From Sphagnum compactum (lineage: Eukaryota): DNA of 64,000 nt. The notes beneath the pieces are model-generated. The model was not told the DNA's origin and made no database searches. It saw only the letters and a program-made list of their open reading frames with translations. Made by a program: the position numbers and the translations under genes. The DNA is taken from the NCBI GenBank assembly GCA_965153455.1, contig OZ234494.1:11470001-11534000 (forward strand), in the 5' to 3' direction. This document shows positions 52,351 through 64,000 of the stretch, one piece after another (within the stretch, counting starts at the first letter, position 1; the number at the start of each line of letters is the position of its first letter).

Positions 52351-55300
52351 GCGGGTCCGACCGTGCGGAGCACGGGTGACGGAAATTCCAAGGGAACTAC
52401 GAAACTAACGTCGGCGGTAACGATGGTACAAACTGATGGGCCACGGGCAAGGGAAGAAAAGGACGGCGGAAAATTCGCGAAGGAGTTACGCAAGGCAGGG
52501 CCACCCGCCGTTCCGTTAGGTGTAACGGGTTCTTCCACCGGCCAGAGAGAACCGGCACCCACCCTTCAACCATGAAGGATGGATGGTAAGTGGTCAGGAA
52601 ACAGTTTTCTGTTGGGTTCCAGTTCCCTAGCTCTAACCATGGTGGTTAAGCTCAGTAGGGGACCCTGCAAAAATATTTTTCACATCAAGCTTAGTTCTTT
52701 TAATTTTTCGCAACCACACCACCACCCCCATAAAACTGAAATTGGGATGGCAAATAGGTGGGGGACTACTAATAGCAAACCACCTGGACCAATCATTATG
52801 ATGGGCCCATCAGAAATACTGAACAGATGTCAAATCATATTTATTACACTCTTTTCTGCATGTATACAGCATTGCTCCAGCTTTTAGCAGGCACCACAAT
52901 GTGTGCAATTATGATGCCTAACATCATGGTGTTAATTTGCTAAGAGTTTCAACATTATATTTCATGATAGGTATTTGTTTGTTTGTTTGGATGTGACCCT
53001 ACAATTTGTTAGGTCCCCCCATTGCACTTTTGGTATTTTTGAAAAGCCGTCAACAAGGCAATAAGGTGCACCTTTGTCACTTCACAATTTTCAAACTGGT
53101 GAAGTGAAAGCTATTGAATTTAGTAGAGTGTCTTGTGTCTAGGGAAAGGCATTGATGTCAAGGCTCCTTCCTGGAGTGAGAAATTGTGTTGTGCAAGGTG
53201 TCCTCAAATTTCCATTATGAAAATTCTCAAAGGTTGGGTTCCATCAAAACTCTATAGTTAACCCCACTTTGATATGATTAGAATAGTGTTGGGACAAGTG
53301 ACCTTACAAGAGGTTTAATAGACTTGGGCCAATGACATAGGTGGCCCACTAGCACTAATGAAAATATTAACTAAAAGTTTTCTTCTAGATGCAAATGGCT
53401 CTACAAATACAAATTGTTAATTCCAAAAGCTTCATCCACATTTATGTACATGTGAGAATAATTTATGATTTCTTAAATTGAAAAACCAATATTTGACATC
53501 GTCTTAATCACCACTTAATAAAGTGACAATTTTTTGCAAGCTTTTGAAATGGGCAAATGGCATATGATTGCCATGCTTGTTTTTAGGCCATTAAAAATAC
53601 CTAGTAAATTGTTAGTAAGGATTTGATGGCAATGATGACAAAAGGCCAAAACTTTGAGTGCCATCCTTACACAAAATTGTATGAATGTATTCATTGTCAT
53701 TATGTTCATCTTTCGAATGCAATGTGATTTGTGATGAGGTCATTCGATTTCACTTTTGCTTCTACCAACTCCATAAGTATATAATGTTATCCGCAAGATT
53801 GTTATATTGTGAGCTTATGAGCATGACACTATGAGCAAGATGGAATATTTTGAACATCTTTTGATGACGTGGATGGAATATGTCAAGAATATTTTGTGCT
53901 GATGTGCCAAAATATTCTACCATGTGTATACAGATGGATGAACAATCTATCCATTTCATTGTCAGCTTTATTTGCTAATCCAATCCATTCCATTGGCACT
54001 ACCTTAATTTCAAATATAATTGCAAATCACCACTCCAAAATGTCATAAAAAAACATTTTGTAATGTACCCAAACATAAAGCATATATCAAATATCTTATC
54101 ATTAATTGTAAAGTAAAAAAATCATTTATTATATTTTAATGTTCATGGACAAAATTCATCCATCATTTTAAATCTTTCATCCATAATAGGTATTTAAAAG
54201 GTGCTTGAAAATGTTCTTTGGATGGTGGCTAATCATATGGAAACTTTCATGAAAGTTGCTTTGAGTGAAAAGACCTTCCAATGAACAAAAAACGTTGTCA
54301 CAACCTACAACTTTTACATTTCAAAATTGTATGTGTTTGAACTTTCACCAAGCTAATATTAAAACAATTTTTCATTGGATTCATAATAAAGTAGTTCAAA
54401 ACCCAAAAAATCAAGTTTTCAAAAAATAAATAAATTTAGAATATAATATTCATAACACGATAATTCAAAATGAAAATGTATTATGAAAACCATTCAAACA
54501 ATTGCCAAACTTGATGAAATACAAGTCATATATTGGATATGAGTACTTGATTATACCATTTCAATTCCATACAAAGAGTTCCATTCAAGTGATTTAACAA
54601 AAAAACACTTAGACGAAATTCTTGATTCAAATTTTCACATAAGTGTGTGAAAACTAAAAAAATGTTGAAAAGTTACTTTCTTTTGAAAGATAACAAAAAT
54701 CATGTTATAGGCCTAGTGTCAAAAATCAATTTTATATGTTCTTCAAAACATGAGACAAAATGAAAGAAAACTTGCCCTCAAAATAATACAAAATGTAATA
54801 AACCTTAAACCCAAGTTCACCCCCTTAATATGATTTCACCTTTTTTATCCAGGTTTCAAAATATATATAAATAGAGGAAACCACTCCTCTCCCCCCAACT
54901 TCAGTTACCTTTAATCTATTAAACTCCAATTTGTGACATAAAATCATTCATAATCCAAAGATTGTGTTTATGATGAGCATAAATTAGATTGTAATTACAA
55001 CTTGTAATGTTTTTGTTTACTTGGGAATGTTACAACCAAGAAGTAAACTTGCATTTGTTCTTAGAAGGTTTTTGTTTTTAGGTGCATTCTCTATGTTGTT
55101 GCTTCAATTTTGCTTACAACAATTCTATGTTTAAAATACTTTTGTAGTAGTCCCAATGACCTTGTTTGCTACAACATTCCAAGCTTATGTTGGTTAATTC
55201 CTTTATCTCATAGTAGGATTTTGCATTAATGTGAAACCACTTGTTGGTTGTTTGGAGTTCATGTGCACATCAACATGAGTTTAAATGAGGTTTGGTTTTA

Positions 55301-58300
55301 ACATTGTTATGTATTCTCAAGTTGTTGACATTTTTATAAAAGTTTACATTGTTGCACTATAAGATGTGTTCTTTCATTAAATGTTTCTTGTAATGTAATG
55401 ACTTTCTATGGTTGGGATTTGGAATGTTGTAACTATTTAAATGTATTTACAAGCTACAACAACTTTGTTTGTTCAAGACTTTTTGGAAGTGGTGTTTAAG
55501 CTTGCAAGAGTTCAATAGATTTGTGCAACTACTTGAACTTTTGTGCCTTCAACTGTTAACTCAAAATGGGGGTCACACATGAGTATTTTCATTTTTAAAA
55601 AACTCAAATGCACTTGGAAATTGGAATTGTTTGAATTTGGGTGGTGCAAGTTTTGTTAAGGTTGTAATGATTTTGAAATACATTCATTTACTTTAGAACC
55701 TTAGTTTCCTTCTAGTGCCTAAGGGCATTTCTCAAACCTTGAGCTCAAAATATTTCAAGCATTTAGACTTTTTGTAAAAGTTTCACCTCCCCATGTTGTA
55801 TTTAATAATTAGGCAACCATCATTTACCCAAACGTTGAGTTTTATTCACACTTCAAATATATCTAATTCTAATTACTATTGTACTTTTAAAAAAATTGTA
55901 TTAAAATTTAATCTTTTCCATGAAACTACAAGTCCAAACTCCTATCAAAACCAAATCTAGAATTGCTAATGTAACAAATCTTCATCTATCAAAACAATAA
56001 ATAAAAAGTAGTTTTAATTAAACACCAAGAAGCTTTCCAAATGATTCAAAACTCAAAACTCAAAGTAAAGATGCATGAATGAATGAATTAAAGTTCAAGT
56101 GCATAGGTTTAAATAGTTCAAATTCAAAATTAAAACTCACTAATACCTACCCGATACTTACTAATTAACTACTAATTACCTCCTTAACATTACCCTACAT
56201 GTATTCTGGATTACATCCTTGAAATCCAAGACTATTGGAAAGTAAAGCTAAAACTATTAAAATCATGTTATAGGATGCAAGTACCTATTCATGGTCCTAT
56301 GTCTTAAACTCAAGTCTTGTGAAATTACTGTTCGTATGATATAGAAATATAGATGTTACATGTATTTCTCAAGCTAAAATCTATTGTCGGTTATCTTATG
56401 GTGAACCAATGTAGGTTCTATAGGCAAAATTTGAACTACATGTTCATCTTGTGATGTTATTTTCTAGTATTGTACAACTTTTTGAAATACTCATCTTGAT
56501 GTTGCTCATGTTGTTCTTGTGATGTGTTACCCTTGGTGTGTAATTGTTTTTACTCATGTCCACTTTTGAGAATTTTTTTGTAAATCTTGCACTTCTACAT
56601 TACCATCACCACCTTTCATTTTTAAAGGTTTTTTTTCATGACTCCTTTGGGGTGACAAGAATTTTTGGTTTTTAATGGGAGATTGTAACTTGTATTAGCG
56701 TCTTCATCTTTTTCATGATCCTAGGACTTTGTAATAAATCATATTTGATTTCAATGTTTTAGCCTCCTTAAACTTATGGTGAGTAATGTAGGTGTCATGG
56801 ACAACAAATCATTAAGGAAGTTTCAAAAACTATCCATGAAAAATACGTTTATAAGTTTCTAAAAGTTTGTAAAAATATTCATGAAGAATATGCTTGGAAG
56901 TTTCTAAAAGATGTAGAACTAGTAAAATATTATAATTGTTTTTATCTGAAAGTCAACATAAGCTTTTAATTGTCATGGTTGACAAAAGCTTATAGAAGAC
57001 ATGGTCAGTGCAAAATTCTAAAAGACATGATTGGTGCAAGTCTCTAGAAAATTGTTTAATATAAATTTATAAAATACTTATTTGGTGAAGCTTTTTAGAA
57101 GGTTGGTGATGTTCTAAAAGGTTCATTGGATAATTCAAAAAGGTCAAGAAGGCACCCCCTTCAATTTCACTGATGCAAGTTGTGATTTTTGTACTCCTAA
57201 TCATTCTCATGCCTAGTTTACATCACATTTTATTCAAGCAATAAAGATATTAAATTTTTGTTCATTGTCGAATTTCTTCTTTGTCAAACTTTTAATGTTC
57301 TCCAAATTGTATTTTTTTCTTTTTTTTAACGGTAAGGTTTTTATTACTCAAGGTTGTAAATGTGTAGTTATAATCTATTTTGTTCATCTTGCATTTCTTG
57401 TAATGCCTTGGTGTTCTTTGTTTCCATTTGAACTTTTTCTATTTTCAACAACTATTGCCCATTATGTTTAATGTAGTTATTTTTCATCTTTTGTTGTTGT
57501 TTTACATCTTGTAGTACTGTTGTTTGACTTTTGTCAAATCTTTTTTAAAGACTTTCATTTATTGCCAATTTTTGTGCTATGGGTTTTTTAGCTTCCCAAT
57601 GTTTCTAGTCATACTCTTTAGTTGCAACAATTGTATGGTGAAAACCTTCTACTTTTCATATTGGTCAACTTGTGTTTCCAACTCCTTAACTTTTTAATTA
57701 AGATTATGTATATCAATTTACATTTTAAAAAAAAGAAATCCAAGTGGCCTTTGTTCCCTCCTCTTATAATATCACAAGTGTTTTCTAATGTGCATTCTTG
57801 ACCTATAGCTCTTTCATTGCTTCCTTTGCATGCCTGTTGTCCATCTTAAGTTTGGTCATGTCCTCCATAATTTGTTGTTAGTTTTGACTATATTGTGTTA
57901 TTGTTGTAGCATGTCTACAACTTTTCTATGTTCCTTTACACTACCAAACATTCCCCAACTTGGACTAATGGATCCAAGTGTAGTTGCTCTAGTACTTGTA
58001 TATGAAGAAATTGGTGCATTTTTATATGATGGTACTTGGAACCAAATAGGTTCTTATGCTTGAAATCCATGAATTTGTTTTAGTGTAGGTGTTGTTCCAT
58101 GTGCTTTTGGTTCCATAGAAGGAGCATTATCTCTTTCCATGGCCTTATATGTTTCATAAAAGTTTTATTGACTTCCATTCTTCTGTTTTTGCCATTATTT
58201 AAGGAAAAGGTTTGTCATGACTTTATACCTCATTCCTACTCCTTATTGTGGCATATATGGTTCAAGATCTTTAGTTGAACTTTGTGTTACCCTCTGCTTT

Positions 58301-61300
58301 GGGTTCCTAACCAATCCTAGTTGGTCTTCCTCTTTTTTCAAATTAGAATGTACCCTAGTACTAGGTTGTATTTGATGCCTTCTCCTAAGAATTGTTGGTT
58401 GTTGCTAGGAATATCTCCTCTCATGTGTTGGGGAAGCATTGGATCATTTCATTTGATCAATTCTACTCATGTTTCTCATAAACACCTCCTTTAAACTTGT
58501 AGTAAAAACATGTGTTAGTTGTATTGATGTTAGAGCTATTAGTGTTTGCTCTATCATCATATTTTCAGATGGAAACCAATTCCTTAACAATAATATATGC
58601 ATTGAATTACAGTCCTCCTTGGGATCCACAATGTTGGACTACAACATTTTTGTTTTTTGTTGCGTCCATCAAATCAACTCCTCGCATAGACAATTGAACA
58701 TGATGTCACCAATCCACTACATTAACCTATTATGCACTAACCAACATGTAATTGCATTTCCATTATTGAAATGCAACAACCTTTTAATTTTAAATTCAAA
58801 TGAAGGACTATTAGAATGTCCCTTTTTAACAAAATACCTACTTACTTCATTGTTAATGTCTTTTGGAGTTTGTTGCATTGTTCTCTTGAATACATGAAAA
58901 GTGTATGAAACTTCTTCTTTGTTGACCTCCTTTTCTATATATGGCTTCTTGATCCTCCTTTTCCTTTATATTAGACAATATTATTGTTGACATTTCACGA
59001 ATCGGGAACATCATGTTCTTGTTCCACCTCTTCATGTTTGATAAATTCATAAAATTTCTTGAATCTCTATGTTCTTTCTCTACAAATTGTTGTAAATTGT
59101 TGTTTCTTGTTGATATTCCACCTTACTAGTTTTATTACAATGGTTATACATTCACTCCTTGTGGCAAATTAAACGATTTTTCATGTTTTCTTTACCTTAT
59201 TTCTTCCTTTCTTCTTTTCACTCCCTGTTTAATCTTACAAAACATTTTAATTGGCTTTCCTCATTCAAGGTTGTGCACTTTCAAAAATAGGATGTTGAAT
59301 GATAAAGGAAGATGACATGTCGCCTTTCATTGTAAATACTATTTAATGATCATTAACTATTTTCATCATAATTTATTCTCATTTTAAAGGGTAACCCATA
59401 GTTGATGGTGAAATTGACAAGATCTAGGTTTCATATAATACCTTGTACTACTATATTTCTAACAACATTCACATGTGCTGCTAAAGGTATGTCAAATAAA
59501 TTCATCTCATTTTCATCATAATTGAACTATTTCATTGGTTTTTGAAAGATATAAATTAAATTAATTTCTTTCTCTTCTTTAGAAATTAATGCCTAATTAT
59601 TTTACAATCTTTCATGTACAACTATTTGTACAAGAACTTCCAAAACCATTGGCTTAACATTGTTTTGTAATTCCTTCAAACCCTATTTAAAATTTTAACA
59701 CTCTTGTTCCAAATGCAAATTTCCTATGATTTCTTAGTCTAAATAGGATTAAAACCCACATTATCCTATGCTTCCAACCTCTGCTCCTATGGTTTTTCAA
59801 GATTTAGTAATCTACTAGTAAGCATTTGTATAGGATTTGCATTATGATTGTCCCCATTGATAATTGGATTTTTTTTTGTCAACATCAATAGATAATAACC
59901 ATAAATTAATTGGTAAAGGGTGTAACATGTAGCTACTTTGTAAGTTGTATAATACAATAGTAATAATATATGAAAATGTTCATTTTAGTTTTTTTTTTAA
60001 TCCATTTACAAACTTTGTCAAAAGGTTCTTTATGAATTTGTTTGTTGACTTTGCATGTTCATTACCTTGTGAGTAATAGATAATGGAATTGGTATGACAT
60101 AATAAAAAATGTTCTGTGAAATACTAGATTACATCATTGATGAAGCGTGTACTTTGATTGGTAACAATTTTCAATGGACATTTGAACTTGGTAAGTATGT
60201 GTTTGTATTAGAACTAAGTTGTAACCACTATTGTATTTGTGTATAGTGATTTTGTTTCCACACATTTGGTCACATAATGTTACAACCATAATGTAGTTGT
60301 TACATGTATACCTTGCTATATGTTTAATAAGTCCAACAAGCAATTGAAATGTATTAAATGAAAATTTTGCTCATGAAGGTACAAATGAGCACAATGGATG
60401 TGATTGCATTGCAAGAATTTGAATAAGATGAATCGCAATAATGTAATCACATGCAATGCATTGTGAACTACAAGCATGCACATGTGGACTAAAGTTTAAC
60501 AAAAACATGCATAGTGCAAAATAACACCATAAGGTTTTAACACACAAATTAGGTAGCTTTACTACGTAAGGTGTTCATCGTAAAGAAAATTCAAAATGCC
60601 TAGAAAGCATCACTACCTTAACCTTCAAGATAATCCATGATCTTATTTTTTTTCCATCACGCATGTTATCCCATAAGTTTTCTTGGGCCCAATGGTTATT
60701 TGTTGCAACTTTTTTTGACACCCATTCGAGAGCTCCAAACATTAAATCCTCCCCCTCCCTTTTCCCCAACTATCATTTAATGTGATTTACCATATGACTT
60801 AACGTTGGGTGGGATATATCCCTTTCTTCCTTTTTCTTATGAATTGGGTAGTTTGGGCAACTCATAGGGAAAAACATTAAGATTATTAGATCAAGGTTTG
60901 ATGTGATTAGTAAATACCCACCCAAAAGTGGGTTACCACTAGATTGCTTTGGTCTCATGTTTTGGTCCTTTGTGTTCTTATCTAGTTTTATTTCAGACCC
61001 CTCTCCCCTCCCCCAAGTTATTAACACAAACTACAATGTAATTGTTGGGTCCCCTTGTGGAGCTCTTTGTGTGAATAAAAAAAATCATCAAACATGAATA
61101 AATTACATTTGGGTACATCAAAGGTAATAGAATCAAGCAATGCCCTCTAAAACGGACAGAGGAACACTCTAGTAAATATCCAAAACGGACCAAGAAAGAA
61201 GAGGAATACGAATGCGTGAATTGCTCACACTAAAGTGGTCTTGAAATGGTATTCATATTGACATGGTAGATTGCGATTGGCCAATCGCTCCTTGTATTTT

Positions 61301-62917
61301 ATTAATTGTAATGTTTAAATTTTGTTTTTAAAACATTGGTTACAATCCTTAAAACATGTTTTTGGATCATACTCTATATTCATTAGATTCATTTAGAATT
61401 TACGTACATGCTATAATGGTATATTAGGAGCATTATTGTACATATACATCACACATTTGCAACACTAACTTAATTTCCCACTAAAAACCATGTTAAATAA
61501 ACATTGGTTACAATTTTAATGACATGTTTAATTGTGAGTGTACCCACTTCATAGAGATTGCTTTTAAGCAGATATTGCAAAATTGGCAAGCAGGGTTGCA
61601 ACTCTTCAATTGCAAGGATACATTTTCTCAATCATGCTCTCCCTATAATTGACACCTAACTCACACTCAAAAAGTGGTATTGTGAGAAGGATCCAGCTTC
61701 TAGTTGAAGGAATATGGTTTCAATTCAATGTTAGCTTTGAATGGATTCAAAAAGCTAGTTTAAGCACAATATTATTGTAGCATTGCTTTGAAGAAATAAG
61801 GCCTTGTTAGAAACTGGGTACATCAGAACACAAGCCTTAAAAGAGGTACAAATGATGCAAGGCTGGCAAATAAACACAGAAACTGCATTAATTGTACAGA
61901 ACGTATCGATGGAAAATATATCCAACAACAAAAAGCTATGAACTAAAAAAGGTTGCACCAAACAAATATGATTGTACAGAGAAAAGCCCATTGGGTTGCA
62001 AAAGTGCCAATTTGTACATACAGCACCTATCAAGAAGAATAATAATGAATTGAAGTTTGTTAATTAAGTTTGATTTAAGTGTCTATTCTGTGATAGTAGA
62101 TTTTTTCAGTGTCCACTGTGTTTTTCCCAGCAAAAATTTGCCAGTTTGACAAAACAAAAAATATTGGAAAAAAAAAGGGAAAAAAAGAGAAAAAAAAGAA
62201 AGAAAAAAAGAAGAAAAAAGAACAAAGAAAAAGAGAAAAACATTGATACTGGCTGTGAAGAAAACACCTTGAAAACAAATGAAAAACTAAAACTAGAAAT
62301 CTCCACAGAAAAACCCAACTGGGCTGGGCTGGGACTTGGTGCTAAGAGAGATCTATCGGCCACCAGTGCACCATTAGGGAAGGATGGTGAGCGGACATCC
62401 ACTTTTCCATTGGGTTCCCGCTTCATAGCTAAGCAGGTCAGTTAGCTCAGTTTATGGTTTGAACTACCTATGTACTAACAACCCACTTGTCCTATGTACA
62501 GCTATTGCCATGCATCCACAAGAAGTCTGAATTTCACACAATCCGTAAGGGCAAGAGGATCATTAGTTAAGTTTATGCATGAATTGTAATTGACTGCTGT
62601 ACTTCACCTGTAGTTGCAGTAGCAAGTCTGCTTACTGCTCTGGGGAGAACACATTTTTTGGACTTTATACAAACATTTAAGAAGAGCAATAAACATACGA
62701 ATGCATGGAGAGTTTAATTAGTGGAAGGAACCATGCCATCGAGCTCCAATCCCCTTGGGCTCTGGCACTATTCCACATTTAAACTTGTCCATCATGTTGA
62801 GTTCACTACCTAACTTCCATAATGGAACTTTACCTTATAGCAGAAGCCCCCTCTTTCCATTCTGGAACTATGCAACTTTGAGGTTGCCATCTTGGATAAC
62901 TTGGATTTGTCATGCTG

Positions 62918-63870
62918 TTATTCGTCATCACCATCACTGCCAACTTGGTCCCCATCTATCATTTTTTCTCTACTCATAACAAAAACCGATGCAGGCAATA
63001 AGTGAAGAGTTTCAACCCAGAGCAAAAAAGCCCAGAATCTTTGCCATTAATCTTGGATCAGATGAAATTTTACGTTTTTGTCATCTCCAGTGCATGAATT
63101 TTGTGGCTTAACTGATTCCAATATGTTTATATACTCTGTGCATTACAGGTTCTAACCTGATGGAGATGAATAGACCGTTACTTCCAATTATTTTCCATAC
63201 AAAAAAGAGCATAGAACAGGCTCCAATGGACAATTGCAAAAAAATCAACATTGCACTAATTTGGTGGCATGGCTTACCGCTCAAGAATGAACTTGCCTTC
63301 CTTGTACTTCTGACTTTTCTCATATGCCGATTCCTGCCAGGATCAAAAAAAACATATTTCCAAATATGAGCTACACCCACTCATGTAACAAAACCTAGTT
63401 TAGGAGGGAACTGCAACAGAAATGAAGAAAATTTGAGGGAAAATGTTTCTTGGAGGAGAAAATACATATTTCCAGCCAACAATCCGCTGGCAACAGTTGC
63501 AGAAAATGTCAGCCACAGTGTGCTTTCCCGTTGTCATCATTCGATCTTCTTGACGCCCAACTGATACATTCACCCTGCACAATTTTTAATTTACAGCTAT
63601 CAAATTGTGAGTGCTGAGTTAAGCCCTCCAATTCTGCAATACGCCTGGCTCCTAAAAGATGCCAACTACAAAGTGTTAATACATTTTTCAACCATGATAA
63701 TCTTCCACCCTGATTAAATTGCAGATGCAATTCTGTTGGACTCTACTCCTTACAAACCTACTTGAGCAGAGATGGACTATCCAAAGTCCTGTTGAGAAGC
63801 CATAATGAGGGTGTGAAAGTGCTCACACTTTATCAAAAAGGTAGGCCTTTCCATATCGGCAGTGAAATGA
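62918..63870 (-). CDS. Yippee-like (YPEL) zinc-binding protein, 3' part; first coding exon lies beyond the right edge. Exons 63827-63870, 63466-63574, 63278-63333, 62918-62969
   Basis: SFHCRYGKAYLFDKV|VNVSVGRQEDRMMTTGKHTVADIFCNCCQRIVGWKY|ESAYEKSQKYKEGKFILER|EKMIDGDQVGSDGDDE* matches the Yippee family pattern. Introns are GT-AG and in phase. Confidence 0.93.
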
Positions 63871-64000
63871 CTGATACAGAGCAATGCACAAAGTGAGTTC
63901 AAACACAGCATGATGACAAGCTGTGAAGCAATAGAAATCAAGAGAAAAACTGAATTCAGGAAGCTGATGAACCATTATCTACTCAGATTGGCAAGAATAG

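Noticed and set aside
56790..57180. Possible solo LTR (TGTCATGG start, repeated tttctaaaag motifs)
   Set aside because: No partner LTR, PBS/PPT or TSD could be established.

Overview
Eukaryotic, intron-rich land-plant DNA. A bryophyte (moss-like) origin is inferred from gene content and repeat style and is not proven. Ten protein-coding genes can be reconstructed by hand from splice sites and family motifs: galacturonokinase (partial, -), plastid acyl carrier protein (+), an LTI65/RD29-like stress protein (+), a nodulin-related protein with a 14-aa G/Y/P/Q repeat tail (+), proteasome alpha3/PAC1 (-), RPL7/uL30 (+), FAHD1 (-), trihelix GT-1 (+, with a GC-AG intron), tetra-ubiquitin (-, T28 in all units) and a Yippee/YPEL gene (partial, -). 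AT-rich intergenic blocks hold decayed mobile DNA: a ZNF862-type hAT transposase lying inside a ~73-bp tandem array, a Helitron remnant with an OTU-protease-like region, a Gypsy integrase fragment, a 153-bp CACTA mini-element with a target-site duplication, a TAGTACCTTGGC-ended MITE family and a foldback element. No rRNA, tRNA or CRISPR array was seen. I found no clearly novel multi-gene system. The best leads are the apparent coding exons behind the LTI65-like stop codon, the OTU-bearing Helitron, the low-complexity tail on the NRP protein and the fixed A28T ubiquitin. Family assignments come from recalled motifs, not database searches.
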